This document shows, piece by piece, positions 40,239 to 49,890 of a stretch of 64,000 nucleotides of DNA. Each line of letters opens with the position of its first letter. Within the stretch, counting starts at the first letter, position 1. The translations under genes were made by a program, and so were the position numbers. The notes under the pieces were generated by a model. The model was given only the letters and a program-made list of their open reading frames with translations, made no database searches and was not told where the DNA came from. The DNA comes from Candidatus Cloacimonadales bacterium. GTDB taxonomy: Bacteria; Cloacimonadota; Cloacimonadia; Cloacimonadales; JAFGVF01. The stretch lies in the NCBI GenBank assembly GCA_963662585.1, contig OY759729.1, forward strand, positions 672,001-736,000, written 5' to 3'.

Positions 40239-41420
40239 ATGAATATTTTAATGATATTAGAGACAGCCTTTCCTCCTGATTTGAGGGTTGAGAATGAGAT
40301 AGATGCCTTAACTGCAGTCGGCCACAAAATAACAATTCTTGCAGGCTTTAGGAAAAAAGTTGAAAAAATTGGTTTTTATGGTAAGGCGAGAATTATCAGA
40401 ATATTCATTCCAAAATTCATCTATAAAAGTTCTATTGGCTGTCTAAATTATCCCTTTTACTTTAATTTTTGGAAGAAAGAGATTAGAAGAGAATTAACTG
40501 AAAACAATTATGGAGCAGTGCATATTCATGATCTTCCCCTCAGTCAAGTGTTAATAGATTTACGCAATGAATTACCAAAAAACTTTAAAATCACTTTAGA
40601 TTTGCATGAGAATTACCCTGATTTACTGAAAATTGCTAAACACACTAAAAGTTTACTCGGCAGGTTTTTCTTTGATTATCAACAGTGGTTAACTTATGAG
40701 AATAAGATGGTTAAGCAGGTTGATACAATTATTACTGTGGTGGAAGAGATGAAAGAGAGAATTGAAGCCCTGGGAGTAGATTCTGCTAAGATAGTAGTTG
40801 TCTCCAATACCTTTAATAGTTCTAAGTTCACAGCTCCAATTAGAGATAAAAAAGAGGATGAATTTATCTTATTTTATGGTGGTGGAGTTACCATTGATAG
40901 GGGATTACAGTTCGTTATACCTGCCTTACCTCATTTGGTTAAATTGATACCAAATATAAAGTTATGGATTGTGGGTGATGGATCTTATCTTACTGAATTA
41001 AAAAAGCAGGTTCAAGAATTACAAGTTGAACATTTAGTTAAATTCAAAGGACACCAGCCTTTTGTTGAGTTATTGAGATTTTTATCCCAGGCAAGTGTTG
41101 CTTTGATTCCGCATGTAAAATCACCGCAAACAGAATCAGGTTTACCTCACAAGCTATTTCAATATATGATAACTGAAATCCCGATTGTAGCTTCTAATTG
41201 TTTGCCTTTTATTAGAATTTTACAGGAGAATGAAGCAGGCTTGATCTATGAATACGACCAAGCCGAGGATTTTACAAAAGTAATTATTGAATTATATAGT
41301 GACCCTAGTTTGCAAGAGAAATTAGTAAGTCATGCCAAAAAGGTACTCATGGAAAAATACCTATGGGAATATGATGCTAAAAGATTAGTTAAGATCTATC
41401 AGGCTGATACTTCCCTTTAA
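40239..41420 (+). CDS. GT4 glycosyltransferase
   Basis: PPDLRV, HIHDL, DLHENYP, RGL, LPHKLFQYM; start downstream of TTGACA at 40183. Confidence 0.9.
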   Translation: MNILMILETAFPPDLRVENEIDALTAVGHKITILAGFRKKVEKIGFYGKARIIRIFIPKFIYKSSIGCLNYPFYFNFWKKEIRRELTENNYGAVHIHDLPLSQVLIDLRNELPKNFKITLDLHENYPDLLKIAKHTKSLLGRFFFDYQQWLTYENKMVKQVDTIITVVEEMKERIEALGVDSAKIVVVSNTFNSSKFTAPIRDKKEDEFILFYGGGVTIDRGLQFVIPALPHLVKLIPNIKLWIVGDGSYLTELKKQVQELQVEHLVKFKGHQPFVELLRFLSQASVALIPHVKSPQTESGLPHKLFQYMITEIPIVASNCLPFIRILQENEAGLIYEYDQAEDFTKVIIELYSDPSLQEKLVSHAKKVLMEKYLWEYDAKRLVKIYQADTSL

Positions 41421-42294
41421 GATGTAAAATTAGAGCATACAGGGCATAGTCATATTTTTTAATTTTGATATTTTCCCACATAACTTTAATAAGATTCCCA
41501 GTAGAGAACTTCCAGGATAAACGGCAATCAATACATGCTGGGTTATCGCAGAAGAAGAATTGGGGATTCCTTACCCCTTCATTAACTTCCCATTCCAGAG
41601 TCTTTTTCATATCAGACACTATAATATCAGCGTCCCCAACTTTTCCTTCATAGAGAAAAGCTCCATTTTCTTTATAATTAGGAAGTAGTTTATTAAAACC
41701 TGCGACACAACCACCTGCCCAATTAACCAAGAAGAGCTTTTTAGGATTATTTGCAGTGTGATAATGAACTCCATATTTTAACCTTTTTTGTTGAAACTTG
41801 AGTAATCCGATAGCGACATGGGTGGTACCGGCACTAACAGGTTTTCCTGTCTCATCAATTCTAACCTTCTTAGCCCCCATTTCAGCCATTCTTCTTAAGA
41901 CATCATAAGCATAGCTCTCCGGAGTATGATTATCAGCAAAATCATCTGCTAGCTTTCCTATTATAGCAAATTTCTGAATGGGATGGTTACTTCTTCTAAC
42001 TTGTGGGTGTTTAAGCATAGCATTAGCTACTGCTCCAGCATAAGAAGGTGTATTTTCATCTGTTAAATAAATATTTTTACGCAGAAACTTAAGTGGCTTA
42101 ACTTTAACAAAACTATCAGTAACAATAGTTCCTTCTGGTCCAATCACCTCGAAAAAGGCAGAGATAACTGTTTCAGCTCCACCTTCTACCCAACCGATAG
42201 ATTTGAGTGAGATTTTAAGGTTTAGAATATCGCTTGATTTAATACCTGCTTTTTTTATATCTTCAATAAGTGCTTCTTTAGTAATCTTACGCAT
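41389..42294 (-). CDS. AAC(3)/Antibiotic_NAT-family N-acetyltransferase
   Basis: SLKSIGWVEGGAETVI, GPEGTIV, TPSYAG, RSNHP, TTH; C-terminal C..CxxC. Confidence 0.75.
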   Translation of the reverse strand: MRKITKEALIEDIKKAGIKSSDILNLKISLKSIGWVEGGAETVISAFFEVIGPEGTIVTDSFVKVKPLKFLRKNIYLTDENTPSYAGAVANAMLKHPQVRRSNHPIQKFAIIGKLADDFADNHTPESYAYDVLRRMAEMGAKKVRIDETGKPVSAGTTHVAIGLLKFQQKRLKYGVHYHTANNPKKLFLVNWAGGCVAGFNKLLPNYKENGAFLYEGKVGDADIIVSDMKKTLEWEVNEGVRNPQFFFCDNPACIDCRLSWKFSTGNLIKVMWENIKIKKYDYALYALILHLKGKYQPDRS

Positions 42295-42398
42295 TTTTTT
42301 CCATGATTTTCCTGTTTATTGTTTATCCTAAAAAAAGTATTTGCTAATTCAAATAATAGTAGATAGGACATGTCGATTTTTTTTACTAACCGCTAATA

Positions 42399-42436
42399 TC
42401 TTCAAAGCAGTTTCCAAATTTTGATTCTATCATTAT
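42399..42436 (-). repeat. 38-bp direct repeat of the MaoC gene 5' end (44707-44744)
   Basis: 36 of 38 bases identical; encodes remnant MIESKFGNCFEDISG*. Confidence 0.8.
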
Positions 42437-42620
42437 ATCTCAACTCTCATATTTTTTCTCACAATATTATTAATAACCCTCTTTATTTGAAAGAGGATGG
42501 CTTATATAGTGGAAATAGCAATGTGGCTTAGGAATATTAACTCACATATGTTCAAGAAGTATAAGAATCCCATAGCTCATTTGCATGTCATTGTTAGATT
42601 TTGATTATTCCTATCAAGAA

Positions 42621-42641
42621 AAGCTCCCAATTGGGGAGCTT
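42621..42641 (-). terminator. Terminator hairpin
   Basis: aagctccc-aattg-gggagctt just after the 42655 stop. Confidence 0.65.
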
Positions 42642-42654
42642 ATATCTTAAATTT

Positions 42655-44115
42655 CTATTTAGCTAACACTATCTTCTTGGTTAAAGAGTTATTGTTTTGT
42701 CTGACATTATAGAGATACAAACCTGAAGGACATATACTCTCATTATTGCTTTTGCTGTTCCAAATAATCGTGTGTTCTCCAGAAGTTGAGTATTCAGATA
42801 AAAGAGTTTTTACTAATTGACCTTTGATATTATAAATTTGTATTGATGTTTTGCCATCTTCTGGAAGATTGTAATTTATTGTAGTTTCAGGGTTGAATGG
42901 ATTTGGGAAAGCATTGGCTTCTATAGAAGAAGAAATTCCTGCTACTTCATAATCTTCATTGGCAACAGCATTACTTAAAGGATAAATTTGGCCTGAAGAA
43001 TTATATACATGGAGTCCATTTACATTAAGGAAAATTATAGTATCAGTCCCATCAATTTGATAGATTCCTTTTTTGGGAGCATTATTCTGGTAGTTCCCAA
43101 CTAAAGTTGCGAAAGAAGAGCCATAGTTGACACTTTTGACTATTTGGTAATTATCACAAGCGTATAGAACACCTGGATTTTGAGTATCAATATCTAAGCA
43201 ACTAAGCCCATAACCACTGAAACCATTTAAAGCAGTCCAGTTATATCCATCATCTGTAGATTTCATTATCTTCCAACAATTATTTACTTCAGAAAAGCAA
43301 TTAGCATAGATTAAGCCATTTCCAGGAAATATAAAGTCATTATTTCCATTTAAGGCAATGTGTTCATACCAATCCATACCATATGTGCTATCTACTAATG
43401 TAGTTGTGAGTCCATGATCATTCGATCTATAAAGGTTACCATTATCTTTGGCAAAGTACATTATGTTATTATCAACAGGATCAACATCTTTCAATAGCAT
43501 GTTTGTTAGCGCTACATTGTTTAAATCAAGCATTTTTAACCATGTTTTACCATTGTCTCCTGTTTGATAAATAAACTGGTCATTAGCTGGTCCTAAATAT
43601 TCATGTTCGTATGAAATGTAGATAAAGCCTTCACAATCTCTAATGATGTTATGAATATAATTTCTAGGTGATGTTACAAATTCTTCTGGGAAGAAAATGT
43701 TATATTCTAAAAATTCACTAATCTCAGTAGTTGTAGCTCGGTAGATAAAATCATAATAACTTGCTGGGTCATCATAATATCTTTTTAGGAGAAGAAGTAA
43801 ATTACCATTTAAATCTTTTACAAAGCTTCTAGTTCCATAAGATCTGAAATCGTCATAAGAGTAGTAGTAGCCAGGTATTGAATAACAACTAGTTAACTGA
43901 CTTATATAGGGAGATTGATCATCAAAAGAAATGGTTAATTTATCAAGTTTTGCATCTCTATAACCAACATTATACTCATATTCATTGTAACCTACGTATA
44001 TTTCCAATAAACCACTATCATCAAGAACTGGGAATATTTTTGAATAACTCCTAATAGCAAAAAGGCAATGTGTAATTGCTAACAATACAAAAATGACTAC
44101 AATCTTTTGTTTCAT
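42655..44115 (-). CDS. Secreted BNR/Asp-box beta-propeller protein with C-terminal sorting domain
   Basis: TGDNGKTW, SNDHG, STDDGYNW, SVNYGSSF; FPNPFNPETTI...IYNIKGQLVK; GGAGG RBS at MKQKIV. Confidence 0.82.
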   Translation of the reverse strand: MKQKIVVIFVLLAITHCLFAIRSYSKIFPVLDDSGLLEIYVGYNEYEYNVGYRDAKLDKLTISFDDQSPYISQLTSCYSIPGYYYSYDDFRSYGTRSFVKDLNGNLLLLLKRYYDDPASYYDFIYRATTTEISEFLEYNIFFPEEFVTSPRNYIHNIIRDCEGFIYISYEHEYLGPANDQFIYQTGDNGKTWLKMLDLNNVALTNMLLKDVDPVDNNIMYFAKDNGNLYRSNDHGLTTTLVDSTYGMDWYEHIALNGNNDFIFPGNGLIYANCFSEVNNCWKIMKSTDDGYNWTALNGFSGYGLSCLDIDTQNPGVLYACDNYQIVKSVNYGSSFATLVGNYQNNAPKKGIYQIDGTDTIIFLNVNGLHVYNSSGQIYPLSNAVANEDYEVAGISSSIEANAFPNPFNPETTINYNLPEDGKTSIQIYNIKGQLVKTLLSEYSTSGEHTIIWNSKSNNESICPSGLYLYNVRQNNNSLTKKIVLAK

Positions 44116-44282
44116 TCTTCCTCCTAAAAAATTATTAATCACAAACTTATACTATTATCTCTTTATAAAAAAAACTGTCAAGTTATATCTCAGTTTTTTT
44201 TTTGCACTTTATCATAATACTGTCAATCATTTTGCCACCTTTTCACTATCTTATCTTTGAAAATTGATTATTCTAATCGTGT

Positions 44283-44741
44283 TCATTTCCTCTTAGGAAT
44301 TAAGACATTACGACGGAAGGTGAGAACTAATTCGTTATTTTGATTATAAGCTTTAGTCTCTACATAAATAATCCCTCTATCAGCCTTACTTTTTGATTCC
44401 CGAGCAGATAAAACTTCTGTTTCAGCATAGAGAGTATCGCCAATAAAGACAGGTCCATTATGCATAATATTTTCATAGTTTAAATTAGCAATTGCTTTTC
44501 CTGAGATATCGGGAACTGTCATTCCTACTACTACAGAAAAGGCCAAAGTTCCTACAACTAAGATTTTACCGTGCTGTTGGGCATTAGCATAGTCTTGATT
44601 TAGATGAACAGGATGATGATTCATAGTTAAGAGAGAGAATAGATTATTGTCTGATTCAAAGATTGTTTTAGAGAGAGCATGTCTTATTTTTTGTCCGACT
44701 TCAAAGTCTTCAAAATAGTTTCCAAATTTTGATTCTATCAT
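44283..44741 (-). CDS. MaoC-family hotdog dehydratase
   Basis: YFEDFEVG, TMNHHPVH, PVFIGDTL. Confidence 0.9.
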   Translation of the reverse strand: MIESKFGNYFEDFEVGQKIRHALSKTIFESDNNLFSLLTMNHHPVHLNQDYANAQQHGKILVVGTLAFSVVVGMTVPDISGKAIANLNYENIMHNGPVFIGDTLYAETEVLSARESKSKADRGIIYVETKAYNQNNELVLTFRRNVLIPKRK

Positions 44742-45130
44742 TATTACCTCATAATTTTTCTTTATACCAATATAATATAAGTAGGAAAAAGATTCAAGAA
44801 AAAAGTTTTATTAGTTTTGAGATGAGTGAGATTTTTTAAGAAAACACTCCCTATGTCCCCCTCACGGAGGGGGATTTAAGAAACACCCCGTCTGCTTCGC
44901 AGCCACCCCTCTTTTAGCGTGCCTTCAGCACTAAAGCGGGGAATTTAAGATTCACGGACTAAAGAATTGAAAAGCGTGATAATCCCTCTTCTGTCGGATT
45001 GTGGACAGCTTGTCCGCTGTGAATTGATAAATAGCAGATGAATAGTCTATAAACTTTTAGTTTCCTTCAGCAATCAAGGGGGAATTGAATAGGTAAAAAC
45101 TCTTGTTTTCTTCATTATAATAATAGCAAT

Positions 45131-45565
45131 CTTAAATCCCGGAGGGATAACATATAATAGGGAGTGTTCGCAAGACACTCCTAAGGAAACGACCGGAAAA
45201 TAGCCCTAGAGGGGCGACATACCCTAAATGTATGAAATCAAATTAATAATTTCTTTTATAATTGACCTTATGGTTTATAAACTTTATTCACTAGCTATCA
45301 ATGAACAATATTTATTGAACCTGGCTTTATTACAAAACTAAACAATCTTGGTTTAAATGAAACCGATTGCTAGAGTATGAGTATTGAAGAAATAGTGAAA
45401 CTTAGCAAAAGATTAAGATAAAAAAGCACAATAATGATTAGGGATATTATGATGATTCTGGCAGGTCAAAGGGATATATCGCCCCTGCAGGGCTATCTTT
45501 TTTCGCGACATCTAGGAGTGTCTTGCGAGCACTCCCTATTATATGGCATCCCTTAGGGATTTAAG
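45131..45565. mobile_element. Putative non-autonomous MITE/REPIN-like element, copy 1 (435 bp)
   Basis: Imperfect ~95-bp terminal inverted repeats (45131-45225 and 45470-45565) around an AT-rich core. Confidence 0.65.
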
Positions 45566-46809
45566 AGGAAACACCCCCTGTGTCCCCCTCACGGAGGGGG
45601 ATTTAAGAAACACCCCGTCTGCTTCGCAGCCACCCCTCTTTTAGCGTGCCTTCAGCACTAAAGCGGGGAATTTAAGATTCACGGACTAAAGAATTGAAAA
45701 GCGTGATAATCCCTCTTCTGTCGGATTGAGGACAGCTTGTCCGCTGTGAATTGATAAATAGCAGATGAATAGTCTATAAACTTTTAGTTTCCTTCAGCAA
45801 TCAAGGGGGAATTGAATAGGTAAAAACTCTTGTTTTCTTCATTATAATAATAGCAATCTTAAATCCCGGAGGGATAACATATAATAGGGAGTGTTCGCAA
45901 GACACTCCTAAGGAAACGACCGGAAAATAGCCCTAGAGGGGCGACATATACTGAAAATTTAGCAAACACTTGAGAAGAATCCTTTAAATCTCTTAGGGAT
46001 TTAAGAGGAATCACCCCCTGTTTCCCCCTCACGGAGGGGGATTTAAGAAAGAAGAAACAATTCGCACCTATGGAGCGATTTTTTTTTGGGGGGGGAACCT
46101 TTGTGCTACCAAGAAATAGCTCCTCTGGAGCTAGAAATTAGCACTTCAACTTCAGTACCAAAAATGGCAGTTGAAAAGCGTGATAATCCCTCTTCTGTCG
46201 GATTGTGGACAGCTTGTCCGCTGTGAATTGATAAATAGCAGATGAATAGTCTATAAACTTTTAGTTTCCTTCAGCAATCAAGGGGGAATTGAATAGGTAA
46301 AAACTCTTGTTTTCTTCATTATAATAATAGCAATCTTAAATCCCGGAGGGATAACATATAATAGGGAGTGTTCGAAAGACACTCCTAAGGAAACGACCGG
46401 AAAATAGCCCTAGAGGGGCGACATATACTGAAAATTTAGCAAACACTTGAGAAGAATCCTTTAAATCTCTTAGGGATTTAAGAGGAATCACCCCTATGTC
46501 CCCTCGCTGAGGGGGATTTAAGAAAGAAGAAACAATTCGCACCTATGGAGCGATTTTTTTTTTGGAGGGGAACCTTTGTGCTACCAAGAAATAGCTCCTC
46601 TGGAGCTAGAAATTAGCACTTCAACTTCAGTACCAAAAATGGCAGTTGAAAAGCGTGATAATCCCTCTTCTGTCGGATTGAGGACAGCTTGTCCGCTGTG
46701 AATTGGTAAATAGCAGATGAATAGTCTATAAACTTTTAGTTTCCTTCAGCAATCAAGGGGGAATTGAATAGGTAAAAACTCTTGTTTTCTTCATTATAAT
46801 AATAGCAAT

Positions 46810-47244
46810 CTTAAATCCCGGAGGGATAACATATAATAGGGAGTGTTCGCAAGACACTCCTAAAGGTAACCACCAGAAAATAGCCCTAGAAGGGCGACAT
46901 ACCCTAAATGTATGAAATCAAATTAATAATTTCTTTTATAATTGACCTTATGATTTATGAACTTTATTCACTAGCTATCAATGAACAATATTTATTGAAC
47001 CTGGCTTTATTACAAAACTAAACTATTTTGGTTTATATGAACCAAATAGCAGAGTATGAGTATTGAAGAAATAGTGAAACTTAGCAAAAGATTAAGATAA
47101 AAAAGCACAATAATGATTAGGAATATTATGACGATTCTGGCAGGTCAAAGGGATATATCGCCCCTGCAGGGCTATCTTTTTTCGCGACATCTAGGAGTGT
47201 CTTGCGAGCACTCCCTATTATATGGCATCCCTTAGGGATTTAAG
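46810..47244. mobile_element. Putative non-autonomous MITE/REPIN-like element, copy 2 (435 bp)
   Basis: Same structure as 45131-45565 with scattered substitutions and small indels. Confidence 0.65.
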
Positions 47245-47552
47245 AGGAAACACCCCCTGTGTCCCCCTCACGGAGGGGGATTTAAGAAACACCCCGTCTG
47301 CTTCGCAGCCACCCCTCTTTTAGCGTGCCTTCAGCACTAAAGCGGGGAATTTAAGATTCACGGACTAAAGGTCCGTAACCCCAGTTAATACAGCCTGATG
47401 ATGGAAGCAGGGACGCTTCCATTCCATAGGAATCACCCCCTGTTTCCCCCTCGCTGAGGGGGATTTAGATTAATGGAAGCAGGGACGCTTCCATTCCATA
47501 GGAATCACCCCCTATGTCCCTTCACTGAGGGGGATTTGTTTTAGCAAACAAA

Positions 47553-47576
47553 AAGGGAGCTTTTTCAAGCTCCCTT
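47553..47576 (-). terminator. Terminator of the DUF6754-type operon
   Basis: aagggagctt...aagctccctt with a T-run on the minus strand. Confidence 0.75.
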
Positions 47577-47598
47577 ATCTATTTTTAAGTAGTAATGT

Positions 47599-48195
47599 CT
47601 ATGCTAGCCAACCCTTAAAAGTGTCAGCTAAGAATTGCAATCTTCCAATAAGGAGAGATATACGAGCCATAACGGTGTAACCGAATGAAGCACCGAAACC
47701 GATCATCATATACCAGATACCAATTCTTGAGAATTTTCCATAAGCACCAGTATGGGCTTTGGAGAAGAAGAAGTAGAAAAGCACAGTGATTGTACCTAAG
47801 AAAATCAAGAATATATTGAAGCTTTCGATAGGAATCATAGCTTGTCTAACTTGCACAAGAACCATAGAGTTCATACTTTGGGTAACACCCATACCAACCA
47901 TACCCATTGAAATAGCAATAGGATATCTGGATAACCAGCCATAGGATCTGCTAAATCTGAACCAGAATAGCATACCGAATATACATGGAATAATAAAGAT
48001 AAACTTATGTTCTACAAAGATTCTTTGTAAAACAAATGGTTCAAACGCATTTTTGTATACAAGAGGTAGAACATAACCTGCTGAAACACCGACAATAAGA
48101 TATTCCGCAAATCTGTAAGCAGGATTATCCTTATACAAAAATGAGAATATAGAGAGGGTTAGAAAAACCGCAATAATTTCACCTATTAATGTCAT
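47599..48195 (-). CDS. Hypothetical multi-pass membrane protein (gene 4 of cluster)
   Basis: SFLYKDNPAYRFAEY...GVSAGY; YFFFS; GFGASFGYTVMARISLLIGR. Confidence 0.85.
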   Translation of the reverse strand: MTLIGEIIAVFLTLSIFSFLYKDNPAYRFAEYLIVGVSAGYVLPLVYKNAFEPFVLQRIFVEHKFIFIIPCIFGMLFWFRFSRSYGWLSRYPIAISMGMVGMGVTQSMNSMVLVQVRQAMIPIESFNIFLIFLGTITVLFYFFFSKAHTGAYGKFSRIGIWYMMIGFGASFGYTVMARISLLIGRLQFLADTFKGWLA

Positions 48196-48203
48196 GTTTC
48201 CTC

Positions 48204-49232
48204 CTATAAGTTTTTATTTAGTTTTTTCTTCTCTAAGAAGTAACCGATGTTACCGAGAAGAATAAAAATAATGATTAAAATATGAGCTACAGATTGAGCA
48301 TTCATACCAAGACGAGCCATTTTGAATTTTGATGGCACAGTATCTTTAGTAATATCTAAGTTTGCTAACATTTTTTCAGTAGGATTATCTAACTGACCTT
48401 TTGAGAAAGTAATGTTATTCATAGCAAACATATCTACTAAGTTTTCATATTCAGCAGCACCTTTCAAACCAGCAGTCATACCTGCACACTGACCTGATTG
48501 GAGGTAAGGATATTGGTCAGCAGCCATAACAGCAGTAAGACCAACACCAACATTAACACCGAATCTAGATCTAGCATAAACCATCCAAGAAAGACCTTGG
48601 TCACTTCCTGATGTTTCATAAACTAAGTTCATTTGAGTATAGTTTCTGATAGCAGTATCTCTGTACATTGGTAAGTTTTCAATTCTGTTACCGTCTGTAT
48701 CTGTTTCAACAGCAGCAGCAATATCATCACCCATACCAAGTAAGATAGGTAAATAAAGAGCAGCAGGTTTATAGCCAATATTGATATAATCTTTTCCTCT
48801 CTCAATTACTCTACCTGTTTTTTGGATTTCATCAGTTACTACAGATAAAGCTTCTTCAATAATAGGAGCAGCAATTTCCATAATAGTGAAAGTAAAGAAA
48901 GGAACTTTTCTATAGATACAATGTCTCATGACAGCAACTTCCATAGGGAAAAGCTCAGGCATTGTAGATGCATCATGATAGAAATCCATGAAGATTGCTC
49001 TATCTTGTTTAAAAGCATCTACCTCATCTTCACTAATGATACCATCTTCATTTAAGTCATCAGCTCTAACATAAGGAGAGTAAGAGTCGATCAACTGATA
49101 AAGATTTTCCACTGGGGTTGTCGTATATGTAACTGAGTTAAATGGAAAAATAAGTGGCATAATAATCGCAACAGCGATAAATACAAACACATATCTTCTA
49201 TCTAAGCCTTGTAAGTTTTTAATAAAATTCAT
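48204..49232 (-). CDS. Hypothetical protein, N- and C-terminal TM with central soluble domain (gene 3 of cluster)
   Basis: LDRR, DYINIGYKP, YPYLQSGQ..G...GLKGAAEYE, GMNAQSVAH, GNIGY. Confidence 0.85.
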   Translation of the reverse strand: MNFIKNLQGLDRRYVFVFIAVAIIMPLIFPFNSVTYTTTPVENLYQLIDSYSPYVRADDLNEDGIISEDEVDAFKQDRAIFMDFYHDASTMPELFPMEVAVMRHCIYRKVPFFTFTIMEIAAPIIEEALSVVTDEIQKTGRVIERGKDYINIGYKPAALYLPILLGMGDDIAAAVETDTDGNRIENLPMYRDTAIRNYTQMNLVYETSGSDQGLSWMVYARSRFGVNVGVGLTAVMAADQYPYLQSGQCAGMTAGLKGAAEYENLVDMFAMNNITFSKGQLDNPTEKMLANLDITKDTVPSKFKMARLGMNAQSVAHILIIIFILLGNIGYFLEKKKLNKNL

Positions 49233-49243
49233 AATTCCTCCTA

Positions 49244-49882
49244 TTAATCTCCGCCACCAAGGTAGGTTCTTTCGATACCTAACAAGATTTTGAGTGATGT
49301 TGCCACACTACCAAGACCTACACCAAGTAAGATTCCTCTTTTTGAAGCAAGGTTTGGAACATCCATAATCCATTGAGAAATATCAAGAATGTTGATAGGC
49401 CATGTTTTAGAAATAGCCATTCCAAGTGGAACTTGACCAAGCATAATGATAATCGCAGCTACAAGTAAAACTGTAGCTTCAACAGATCTAGCGCGGAAAG
49501 ATTTATAGGCAGCAGTTGCCATGTAGAAGGCCAATAGTGAGAACATCGTAGCACTAATAGGCATCATCATATTTCTGAAAATCCATTGTGCAGGTGTTCC
49601 TGACTGAGTACCATAGACAAAACCAACTGTAGCAGTAACTACAAGTCCGATTATAGTAACAAATGAGTATCCCCATTTAGGAGCTTTCATTCTAATTCTA
49701 CTATAATGCATACTAACGAGACTATAAATACCAAGTACAACAGCAAATGGTGACATAGTTTTAGTAAATTCAATAAAAGCGGTGTAGAAATCATCTTGCA
49801 TCCACTTAGCAGGAATAAAAGTCCATCCTACAAAGATAAATCCAAGAATAATTACTATCGCTAAAGGTATATTTTTTTTCAT
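49244..49882 (-). CDS. Hypothetical multi-pass membrane protein (gene 2 of cluster)
   Basis: ATMFSLLAFYMATAAYKSFRARS, LGQVP, RGILLGVGLG, LLGIERTYLG. Confidence 0.85.
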   Translation of the reverse strand: MKKNIPLAIVIILGFIFVGWTFIPAKWMQDDFYTAFIEFTKTMSPFAVVLGIYSLVSMHYSRIRMKAPKWGYSFVTIIGLVVTATVGFVYGTQSGTPAQWIFRNMMMPISATMFSLLAFYMATAAYKSFRARSVEATVLLVAAIIIMLGQVPLGMAISKTWPINILDISQWIMDVPNLASKRGILLGVGLGSVATSLKILLGIERTYLGGGD

Positions 49883-49890
49883 TTAAACTC

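Larger units (their letters stand above)
44841..47537. repeat. 2.7-kb mosaic array of REP-like hairpin modules
   Basis: A ~255-bp block (ttgaaaagcgtgataatccc...gcgacata) recurs at about 44967, 45694, 46171 and 46646; a ccccctc-N-gagggggatt-type hairpin occurs 7 times (some degenerate). Confidence 0.95.

Noticed and set aside
46336..46542. 68-aa ORF in the repeat array
   Set aside because: Made entirely of hairpin modules; no RBS or protein-like features
44841..47537. CRISPR array
   Set aside because: Intervening sequences are themselves repeated and very unequal in length, and there are no cas genes in the window
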